Positions 42,601-53,106 of a stretch of 64,000 nucleotides of DNA are shown piece by piece. Origin of the DNA: Raillietiella orientalis (Eukaryota); NCBI GenBank assembly GCA_036172245.1, contig JAYWIR010000034.1:496001-560000 (forward strand), in the 5' to 3' direction. The position numbers were made by a program, and so were the translations under genes. Under the pieces are notes generated by a model. It had not been told where the DNA came from. It saw only the letters and a program-made list of their open reading frames with translations, and ran no database searches. How positions within the stretch are numbered: position 1 is the first letter of the stretch; each line of letters begins with the position of its first letter.

Positions 42601-45059
42601 TTACTGGAGTATTGCTCACTTTTCGAAGCGTGGGGATGCGTAACACCGCACCATCATCATGCGGACCTCAGACGGAAACACGAGGGTGCCGGTGGAGTGC
42701 AAAGAACGAACACAAACGAATAATGCATCTGTCCACGGCGCAACTTCATCTGCGCTGTCCTTCCGCACGCCTGCGATTGTTTTTAACATGAAATCCAGGA
42801 GTCACCATTGTCTCAACAAGATCTTCGTCCCGAGGTGCAAGCCAACTTCAAGCAGTCTCACTGCTGCGTGTGCGGGCGCTCTGATTCTAAAAGAGCATCG
42901 AGAAGAACGGGAATGAAAATGTTCTGCAGCTGCAGTTTTTGCTTTGGCTGGAGGGCACAGATGCTTGACAAAATGAGAGGGGGCGTTCGCTTCTCGCACG
43001 CTTCTTGCTCCTGCTCCACACGAAATGCGAGGTTCGAAGCGCCCTCTGCTTCCGTACGCAGCCATCAAAGGCAAAGAAGACGTAGTTTTCGTCCGCCTGA
43101 GAATGAAGACATTGCTCGCGTGGTTCATGGTGGATTTCGTGGCCAAAATGCCGCACAGGCGACAATAACTCAAGGATCTGCCAAGCCCAACCCCGGAGGC
43201 AGCGTGCTCATTCCACGCTTGAATTTACACCATGCAGGAGTGCAAAGTCGTTCGGGATTCTTTGGAAAACAATTCCAAGCAACATGAGTCGCAGAAAAGG
43301 AGAAGATGGTCTCTTGCATCTTGACAGCACGCCACTTCGTTCCCAACGTTAAGGAAAGAAATCCGACCGCTCTTCAGAATAAAATTTCGAAGATTTCCAG
43401 CGGAGCTAAGAGGTAGTGGAAGTACGGTAGGGATGGCACATATGTTCTGTCATCATTTCGTACCATTCTTGTCACCAACCCTTGCTTCTTGAAGAGCCGT
43501 TACACATAGTAGCCGGGAAGGTCACATAACACTGCAAGCATTTCCAAAGCATCGCTAGGGTCTTCCAACTGTTGCCAGGAAAGGAAATCTATAACCAACT
43601 GATACATTGCTCTCTCTCTCCCGTCAATTTTCTTGCAACTTCCTACCAAGAGGTGCGGCATCTGTGTCAATAGATGCTCACTGGAAATCTCACCGAAATG
43701 AAGTCAGCCAACGAGGAAGAAACCCTCGCTAACGATTCCATCTCCTAATAGAGAGTTCCTGGAGAAGGTTTCGGTCTTTCTCCGCTCTTGAAGTGACATT
43801 CGTTCGTAATCTGCCGACTACCTCGGAGCAGATGCTTTGCTCTCACTGCCCCCAATCAAAATATCACCCACGATGCCAGCAGCAGTCGAGGTCTTCTGAC
43901 TCTGCGGCTGGGCTTGCACTGGTGTCCGCCGCGCGACAGCCTCTTGGGAAACGCGTCCACGGCTGGATCTTCCCCAGCTCGCTCAGACGGATGCCAGAAC
44001 TCCTGCTGGTCCTCAGGAGGGACAGAGAGAAGGAGGAGGCGCGGATGTTAACAGTGGCTTCGGGGGATGGGTGGACGGGAATTCTTTCACGTATCCAGCT
44101 TCAGCAGCAGAGCTTCCCTTGGAAGTCGGACCTGGGGCGGCCCGCACGGGTCCGGAGAGCACGAAGGTTCTCACGGGAGACTATAGTGGTCTCTTAGGAG
44201 AAAGAACTCGCTCTTGAGAGAGAGTCTGAAACTTCTTCTGGAGGTGCTCCTCTCCGAGGAGGAGCCTGCTGAACGGATGTTGGGAGGAGCGAAACCTATT
44301 TCCCGACTCTTGATTGGCCTGAGTGGGGATGGTGTTGCACGGAATCCTGCTTCACTTCTTCTTCGTGCCATGAGCCTTCTTGACTGGTATCAGACTGCAT
44401 GGACGGGTGTCGAAGTCCACCCTGACCTGCACAGGAAATGCTTCCCTCTCCTGGAGGTAAGTGCTCGAAGCCGTGACGATTCAAACCGTCGGGCTAAGAA
44501 TGGCTAATACTCGATTCTTTGCAAAGAGCGGCGTTCCGTAGGAGAAAGGAAAGGAGGAGCAACCGGAGGGGTGGTCCTTCTTGTCCATTTCTTCTCTTAG
44601 GCAGAGCCAAGTGTCAACGGAACAAGTTGGGACCTTCGCCCATTTGAGAGCACTTCGTCCTTCCTCAGCCTAAACGGCTGGACTCTCCCTTCCCTGAATG
44701 GGGCGCACCCTAGAGACCCTTTGGGGACTCTTGAGATTCGAGGAGGAAGATCATCAGGGAGGAATTCGGCACGTATTGATCTCGCCACTGCTCGCATCGG
44801 ATGCTGCTGAGGAGCTCCTGCAAAAAATTTCCTGCAAGAAACCTGCAGGCCCCGTTCCCGGTCTCCTTCCTCCTACACGCTTCAGCTGTACATATACTAA
44901 AATTGGTCTGGGGCTCCTCGACGGCGACGGGCACAGGACAAGGAGGAATCCCATCTTCTCCCCCTTTTTTGCCTCTCGGTCAATGATCGAAAGGAGGTTT
45001 TCTGCACAGGCGGCTTCCGCTCGCCTTCCTGCGTGATTTACTGCTGCCGCCATCGACTG

Positions 45060-45231
45060 GGTAGAACCATTTTTTACACGCGATGGCACGGATTGTCAGG
45101 AGAATAGAAGCAGAGGAGGTGGAAAAAGAGGAAAAGTGGAAGAGCAAATGGAAAAGAAGGAAGGAAAGTAGAAAAGCGAGGGGAGGAAGGGAGGGAAGGT
45201 CTCATTCTTTGCTGGAAACTGCCAGGTGTAT
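45060..45231. repeat. About 170-bp purine-rich dispersed repeat, copy A
   Basis: GGTAGAACCATTTTTT..GGCACGGATTGTCAGGAGAATAGAAG..CTGCCAGGTGTAT; direct repeat of 47932-48100, roughly 85% identical by eye. Confidence 0.9.
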
Positions 45232-45656
45232 CGGTCTGGGATGCGCCCTCTGTTCCGTCCTTTTTTCAATTTCCGAAAAGGAAAGTTGAAACGTCTCAGG
45301 GAAGAAATGGGGTAGAGACGGGGTCTGCAGCGCTAGCCAGGAACTCAAGATCCAGCGCTAGAAATCGTCCCTCATCGTCATCGGCGGTGCTGAGTATATG
45401 TGAGTCGGAAGCTGTCTTCCAAAAACAGCAAGAAGGGAAAACGTGAAAGTGGGAGAGATGAGGTCACTTAAATGGTCATCTGGACTGTAGGACACCAAGA
45501 GCGAAGGGTGCTACAGCCTGCCGTCTCCGAACGTCTGGAGCGGCTGGCGAGTTCCCTGCACTTCGAGTGAAGCGGTGCATCGTCTTCCGGCTCTTCCGTC
45601 ACGCCTGGAGATGCGTTCCTTTAAAACAGGAGCGAAGAAGAGAGCATTTGCGAACA

Positions 45657-45704
45657 ATGCGCATCCAAGGGCTCGTCTATTCTCATGCGCCCTTGGATGC
45701 GCAT
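45657..45704. repeat. Perfect 16-bp inverted repeat with 16-nt loop
   Basis: ATGCGCATCCAAGGGC (45657-45672) / GCCCTTGGATGCGCAT (45689-45704). Confidence 0.95.
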
Positions 45705-47896
45705 CAGAACGCTGATGAGGGATCAGTGAGCCTCAGGGCCAGGGAATACTCCGATGGTTTCCGTCCTCTGGATACTACCTCACCAGCATTGCTCGTTCTA
45801 CTCCTGGAAGAGTAGCTCTCTCCTGCCCAGTCAGTGGGCATCGTTTCCCTCTACCGCGGAGGCGAGTCGTCCTCGGGGAGCGAAGAGTCTTCTGCAGTTG
45901 CACCTTTTTTTTTCTTCCTGGACTTCACCAACAGAAGAATAGATAATCGGAAGGAAAGCTTCCTGTTGGAAACGGCTCCTGTGTTTGTTTCCCTGCTTCT
46001 TTCTCGGTATCGCTCCCGAGTGCCCGCGGTGCCAGAGTCAGGACTCAGCTTCCCAAGGGCACTTCGTCAGATGCCATCCCAGCCGCCGAGGAACATAGGG
46101 CTGGTCTCTCTCCCAGCACTAGGTCCATTGTCATTAGGTCGCCTCAGGCCAACTTCCCGCCCCCGCTCCCAAGAAGTCCGTGGAATATGCGGGGACTGCA
46201 GGCGCGAGGGAGGAGAGAACCCGGAATCCGTAGAAGTCATTGTCTAGTTCAATGTATCCCTAGACCTCGAGGTGAAGGACCGGCCTCCGGAAGATCGCAT
46301 CATTCGAGAAATCTTATCTTGGTTGCAAATTTCTCCTTCTCGCTTTTCCTTTCCCTTCTTGCACTCCCCTCTGGAGTGGCTCGGTGGATCGCTCGGGTAT
46401 GTAGGCAAACCCGGTCGCCGGACCTCAGGAAACGCGGAATGCCTTCCCGCCTCTTCTTAAAGGTCTCCCTCTCGAGTGACTCCATTGTGCTTCCAGGAGC
46501 GGCTATCACTTTCGAAGGGATTCCCACTGGTAACGAGATTTCAGGAAGAGGGAGACGCATCTCGGATTCTTCCCAGCTCCAAGGTTTGACTCATCAACCG
46601 AACTGAGATCTCCTGCACCCAGTCACCCCTTTTGGGAAGGGCCAGTACCTTCTGTCTTGATTTCTGGATGGAAACATGCGACTGCTCCTTTCTTAGGACG
46701 TAGGAATCCGCTGCACATCTGGAGACTCACCAAGGAGATCGGCACAAGGAGGGGGAGCTTCGGGGTGGAAGAGGGGGAAAGGAATGCCTGGAAGGGTGAT
46801 CTGTTATTTTCTGAGACAGTGGCCTGTAGCGTGATCAGCTTCCCTATAGTTCCCCGCTCCGGAACTGCTCTCTTGGCCCCACGCGCTCTCCTGACTCTTC
46901 GCAGTTCCCGAACGGACTCTGTCCGCCTCCTTCCTCTCCCTCCAAATCTTCTCCGGAGAGCCCTCTTGCCCTCGAAATCTCTTTTTCTTGTGGCAAGAGG
47001 ACCCCTGTCACGTGGTTGTACTAGTGCCCTGGTGTTCTCCCTCCATCTCCCCTTTCCCCAGGCATTGTTTATGGGACCCGTGTTGCGTCTTCCTCTCTTT
47101 TTCTTGAAGGTTTTGAAAGACTCCTGCACACCCGCTGGCAGGCAGCGTTATGTAAAAAAGAAAGAGGAAGTCCGTGGGGACCGGCTCTGGAGGAGCTGCA
47201 CAAACCCAGGGACAGGCCGAACCTATTGAGGGACTCCGTTCTTTGCATTCAGGATTGCCACTACTCTATCAAGGAAGGGCATAGTGAGAGCACGTCCCTG
47301 CGAGAACCGTAAAGACGACGCGAGCTGCAAGAACCTTCTTGGTAGGTCTGAATAATCCAGGAGCATGCTCCTCCCACTTCTCCCTTCGGCTTCGGAGAAA
47401 GGAACATGGGAGTGGGGAAGGCATTCAACAAGATTTGGCGGACGAGTCCTGCGCTCGGTTACCTCCCGGCGTAGACAAGCAGCAAGCAAAACAGATTTTT
47501 CTTCCCCACCTTATTCTTCTTTGAAGACGGGCTCTAGCACTCAAGAACGGGAATCGTGAGAACTGACCTCGGGAGATGGTTACCCTGAGGAACGCCGCAG
47601 GGAATGTCGCTCCAGTGTCCTCCCGCGCTTCATACCGAACTGCCCTCTCTGGGAAGTCCAAAGCAAAGGTCCTTGTGTGGAAAGGGAAGCGAGACGCGGG
47701 AGAACAAGGAGAAGGAGAAGGTAGAAAAGAAGCAGAGAGAGCCGCTTTCTCGTCTGAAAGTCAGGAGTGGCGGGATCAAGCTTTACCGGGCTGCCTCCTG
47801 TCCACTCCCTTTCATGTGGCGTGGCTACCGCTTGCCACGGGCACGGCCGCTGGAACTTTCGGAGATGCCGAGTACCGAGTGCGTTCCCCGCCTCAG

Positions 47897-48142
47897 AAAC
47901 ACCCAAACAGGGAGCCCAGAAGGATCCGGAAGGTAGAACCATTTTTTGCACGTGGTGGCACGGATTGTCAGGAGAATAGAAGAAGAGGAGGTCGAAAAAG
48001 AGGAAAAGTGGAAGAACAAATGGAAGAGAAGGAAATAAAGAAGAGCGAGGGGAGGAAGGGGGGGAAAGTCTCGTTCTTTGCTGGAGACTGCCAGGTGTAT
48101 ACATCCACAAACACCCAAACAGGGAGCTCAGAAGGATCCGGA
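47897..48142. mobile_element. 178-bp insert (copy B of the 170-bp repeat) flanked by 34-bp direct repeats
   Basis: AAACACCCAAACAGGGAGC(C/T)CAGAAGGATCCGGA at 47897-47930 and 48109-48142 (one mismatch) bracket 47931-48108. Confidence 0.75.
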
Positions 48143-48790
48143 GGGCGCTTTTCCGGGAAAGGGGTTTCCCCTACGCCGCCTCACCCCGACGTGCATATCG
48201 CCCACTCCGCCGCTCACGCCACGCGCGAGCACCCGGGAGCTGCAGCGGCTGCAGAACTGGCCCGTCCCTAACATTCTTACCTCAAGAGGGCCGGGACGTT
48301 GCCCGTCCCTCCCTCACACACCCAGTCAGTGTACCGCGGCCTTCGCGAACTCGAGAGCAGTCGCGTCTTCCCACCTCTTTCCTCTCCGCTCCCTCTGGCG
48401 TCCTTCTCGCTCTCCCGTGAAGCGAATGGCAAAAGGGAGTGAGAGGCTGCGAGGTCTTCGGAAGGACAAGAACGCCTCTCTCTCGGGAGGGAGCGCGCCC
48501 CCTTCGGGAGCCCTCCGCTTACCTGGAGACGGCGGCGTGTTCCTGACGACGTTCCTGCTCCGCGAGTCCTCGCGCACACGACGGGATCCCATCGATAACT
48601 CGGGTACTACGGGAGCAGCCTGGATGCTTGACCCCCTCCCTCCTGCGAGCATGCGCCCGCGGTTCCAAGTCGGTTCGACCGGGAAGTATCCGAAGGAGGA
48701 CTCCCGACGGCTGAGCGGGCTCATTCCCGTCGTTTTCTTGGGAAATTTCCCGCCCTCTCGAAGGCTCGGGTGCTAATCGAGTTCGAGACT
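48140..48790. other. GC/CpG-rich island
   Basis: Line 48181-48240 is 44/60 G+C with dense CpG, far above the background; function unknown. Confidence 0.7.
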
Positions 48791-49541
48791 CCCTTTATTC
48801 CTCAATTCCCTCCCCTTCCTTCGAGCGGGAAGGAGGAAAAAAGGGGGAAATCAACCGCTTCTGCGTCCAGATTTCCAGAAACACAGATCCCTTTCAGTTC
48901 AGGCGGTGGATCCTGGGGAATAGGGAGACCCCTGGATCTGGGATTAGCCCGTGCATTCTTTCCTTTTTTGGTGGTCGAGAGAGAAGGATGGATGAGATGG
49001 TCATTTCTGACCCTTCTCCTTGTCCTTTATCCCCCATGAGTGAGTGTGCTGGAGAGGACCTAGAGTCCTGGATCGAGAGAAGGGCCGCTCTAGAGCTCCT
49101 CATGAGGGAGACCCAAAGGACAGCCGACTGTTAGGAAAAACAGGAATAATTTGCAGTTCTTCATGACGGACGGGGTTGCGAGGAAGGCGGAAGCAGAGGG
49201 GAAGGGCAGAGACTAGAATTCTTTGCCGGCTCCCGAAAGAGTGAGATCCGTGTTCAATGCTCCCTGAGGGAACGGAGGGAGAAGAAACTCCCCTGGAAAC
49301 CGGATTTGAGCTGACGAAGGATGGGGTTGCCACGTTCTTGTTGAACTGAACGTCCGGATTGCCATTGGGAACAGGCGCATGGTCAGCTGATCTAGTGGTC
49401 GTGGCCCGCTCCTTGTAAGAGCTTGCATGGTCAGCAAGGGGTACTGAGGGCGAGGGCAGCTTTCTGAGCAGCGGGGTTGCGCGCCCACTCGGGGACGTCA
49501 GAACGGATCACGGCCTGCTAAGGAGGAAGACGACCACTGAA

Positions 49542-50365
49542 GACCCGCGTTGGTGGCCTTGTGGCTGTAGTTTCCGCGCACTGAACCACACGTTGCGGGT
49601 TCGAATCTCTACATCAAGAATCAACGCCGGAGACATAGGTGCATCATGGGTACGAGTTTGCCCCGCAATATAACGCTGGTTGTCCCATATTCGGGTGCAG
49701 CACTGGTGAAAACTGGATGCCCTGTTGATTGTGCGGGATTTGGAAGTTGACTTTCTGGGATCCTTCCCGGAATCACGGAACCAGTTCCCTTCGGGGCTCC
49801 CTTCCTGTTATGAAAATAAAGTCGTGCTTCCCTTGGGGAGAAGACTCTTTCCATCGGGTATCATGGGGATGGTTGGTATCCCTCCCCAGGGGTTGCCTCT
49901 CCAAAGTTCGCTGCTCATTTTGGGAAGCACCCATCAGAGGAGCGGTTCCCTTGGGAGTTTCCTCCGGAAGAGAAATTCAGGAGTGCATCCTTTTTAGGTT
50001 CCTTTTGGAGAACAAATGAAGAATGACTCCCTCCGGAGGGTCTCTCCGGATAGAACAAGGAATAGGTTCCCTTCGTGGTTTCCTTCGGAGATAACCAGGG
50101 CGAAAGTTTCCCTGCCAGGAGTAGGTAGAACGGATTTCTTCCTCCACAGACTTCCTGGATTCATAGGGTGGTCCCTTCGGAGTTACCCCTTAAATTGAAG
50201 GGGCACACGCACCTTGGAGTGGTGTGGGCAGTATTGAAAAGATCTGTGAGTCTCGCTTTGCGAGGTGGTCGATTCTTCAGCACTTAGCGAACCAAAAAAG
50301 AAAGAAGCCGAAAAGAAAAAAAAGCTGGGAGGAAAATAGAAGAGTAGAAGAATCCAAAAGGATTT
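49542..50365 (+). mobile_element. Long tRNA-headed SINE-like element, copy 1
   Basis: A-box-like TGGCCTTGTGG, B-box GGTTCGAATC (49598-49607), tail ACTTAGCGAACC plus A-rich tract (50282-50323). Colinear homology to 52305-53106 (e.g. CCCCGCAA.AT.AC.CTGGT, AACTGGATGCCC, TTCATAGGGTGGTCC). Confidence 0.7.
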
Positions 50366-52304
50366 TTATCGTACTCTTCTAGGAATCCATTACTTTACGG
50401 GGAGCACGGGACAGCACGTTGAAGTCAACAAAGGGCACTCCATCCCGGATCGCCGTTACGGCTGCTGCTCACTCTTGCTTGAGGGCCAAATGAGGCGATC
50501 TTTCCTCTAAAGGAATAGTTGGAGTCTAAGCCTGAAGACAGCAAGGAGACCTTGTCCTTGCACTAGCTCTACAGACAGGCTCGTCATGACCTTGGTAAGC
50601 GGCACTGTGAGAGAGCCATCTGCAGGCGCCATTCGAGACTGCGCTCCTTTGCTCCCGTCGCCTCGCTTATGAGACTTTGGGCCTTCGTCGAGGCTTCATG
50701 GGATGGCAATGCATTTCTTTTGCGAAACAGAGCGTTTGCTTCTAGCACCCGTCCAGAGTCCGAGCGCCTTGTCCATTCTTCCACTGGGGAACTTTTGACG
50801 AACTAGCAGCAGAGATGAAGCACATGGCGCGAGAGTTGGTTCCTGACTCCTGCAAAGCCGATTGCTCGTGACTGCCTTGCCAAGATGTGTGAGTTTTTGT
50901 GTTTTTCTTGGTTGCGCATTCCCAAAACCATCGTCCGTTCTGCTTTTTGAGTATTTCGTCTATTTCACATGGAAATCTTCAGCTCCGACCGACTCCAGCT
51001 ATTCTTCCTATGCAACCTTAGGAACCATGAAATAAGATGGAGAAAGCACCATGGATCCATATCCCACGTTCCCTAGTTTGGATCAGGAGGAAGGAAAAGA
51101 ACGTCTGCGGTGACAAGAGAGCTGGTCATTCCTTTCTTCTCGAGAGCGCGAAGGAGTCTCTTGGAGCCCAGGTCAACCATGTGACTTCTCTCGTGGGAGA
51201 AACGGTAAAGCTCCCGCGCACCACAGCTATAACCATCAACCTCAGTACGTTGCCTAGCAACAGCCACGCAGGGTATCCGTGATCGCTCGTCCTTAGTTCA
51301 GGCGAATCGTTCGACTCGAATCAGCAGCCCAAACATTTCGATGGCTTGCACCACCACCACTACTACAAGTGGTTTTCATTTCCGAGGGCTGCAGCCAGCA
51401 TCACTTACGGGATTCGTCATTGGATACATCCTGAATTCGGTTCCATGCTATCTCCGAATAAGCTTGTAGTGCGTGTGTGTATAGTTCGTGCATTCGCTTT
51501 TTCGTTTCGATGCTTCTGCTAGTTTGACACAAGACACGGCACCTTTCAGTCCATGCCAGCTCAACTTGAAAATGGCTGACTTAGGGAAAGACACAACAGT
51601 AAGGAACCAATATCAAACAGTTTGATGGAGTGATGATGATTTCAATCAAACACGGCATTTCTTTTAAACGGTTTCATAATTTCATACGGCATCATCTCTT
51701 TGAGTTTCCTAGGATAGGCCAGTGCATCAATGCTTTCCGAATTCTACAAAAGTGGACTGCGTCTTATTTGTAGCATAACATCAAGCAATAAGCGTCATTG
51801 TGACTAGTAAAGGTCACAGGAAGTGAATCTCCTTCACTTCGAGTTTGTCTTTCGAAGCGCCCTGCAGGTTTCCAGAGATCAGCATCATCAGTCTAGGCTA
51901 CAAGGCGGAAAGTGGGCATTGGTGACGAGTAAGAACTATTGTGAACTGAAGCCATGGGAGATCTCAATAAAATGGTGGGCAGCCGGGAAGCTGAGATTTT
52001 CCTGCATTTGCAGACTTCATTCATACTCTTTCGGACTATTGCTTTGGAAGCAATTTCAATTGAGCCATCGGAAGAGTTTCCAGTTCATGACCACCAGTAC
52101 AAAACATTCCAAGTTGAGGATGCTGCTAGTGTTATATCTGTTTGCCTGTGAGTGGCACTGTGTTCAATTTGCAACGCTCATGAGAAGGTTCGATGCAGAA
52201 GTTCACTTAATTAGAAGATGGCCGCTTTCGTTTCTGGTTGTCATTGCCCATTAATTGGGTGGATTCGTTGCAAAAAAGGAATTATAAAAACAAGGTAGAG
52301 AAAA

Positions 52305-53106
52305 GGTCCACCTTGGATGCCCCGTGGCTGCGGTATCCACGCGTGGTACCAAGCGTTGCTGGTTCGAATCCCGCCCTTCGAAGGATCGACCCTGTAAAAT
52401 GGGTGCGTCGTGGGTTTCGCGTTCCCCCGCAAGATGACTCTGGTGACGGCAATGGAGGTAGCCCGGAACTGGATGCCCCTGCTGTGTGGCCGGGATGGGA
52501 ATTTAACTCTCCGGAGTCCTCCCGGGAATCAAGGAGCCGACCCCCTTCGGAGTTCCCTCCCGGTTGTGAAAATGGAGCCGTCAAGTACCTACGAAGCTGG
52601 CTCCAGGGCGTCAAGAAGCGCACTCCTCCTTTCTGGGAGCTTCAGAGAAATTTGGAAGGGTTCGGGTTCTCTTTAGTAGAATAAAAGCGCTTTCCTCCAA
52701 AAAAGACACTTCATGAACGGATCCTTTCGGGGTTCCCTTCGATGGAGAACTGTGGAGTCACCCCCTCCGGGAATCTCTCCGGTGAGGGTAAGAAAGAGAA
52801 GTCCCCTTCCAGGCTCCTTCCTACAAATCGTAAGAGGAACGAACCCCTTCCATCGGGGCCTTCCTAGATTCTTCATAGGGTGGTCCTCTCTCCGCGGTTA
52901 CCCCTAACTCTTCAGAATTACAAGCACCCTCGGGTGGCGTCGATGGTGTCAAAGAGGAACTTCGTGTCCCCCCCCCCCGTGTCCCCTCCCGCCCTTCGCC
53001 CCCCCCCTTCCTTCCCAAAGAGGCGAACGGTTTTTTCAATACTTAGCGAACCAAAAAAAAAAAAAAGCTGGAAGGCAAGCAGCGAGAACAGAACTCAAAA
53101 GGATTT
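52305..53106 (+). mobile_element. Long tRNA-headed SINE-like element, copy 2
   Basis: B-box GGTTCGAATCCC (52361-52372), tail ACTTAGCGAACC plus A14 (53041-53066), same internal blocks as copy 1. Diverged by eye to about 70% identity. Confidence 0.7.

Noticed and set aside
42808..43287. THAP-like zinc finger (HCCVCG..; also FLSFP..W at 40373-40585)
   Set aside because: Required C2CH spacing and CSxHF motif are absent.
45711..45745. Hammerhead ribozyme (CTGATGA next to the hairpin; also the minus-strand CTGATGA near 57010)
   Set aside because: No correctly placed GAAA, stem III/NUH or stem I.
43800..49500. Intact retrotransposon ORFs in the GC-elevated blocks (also 13700-17700)
   Set aside because: Probably transposon-derived, but no recognisable RT, integrase or intact zinc-knuckle motif; ORFs are short and interrupted.
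52305..52376. Functional tRNA gene (also 49542-49610 and the B-box at about 9843-9856 on the minus strand)
   Set aside because: B-box present, but the T-stem and acceptor stem do not pair; better explained as decayed SINE heads.
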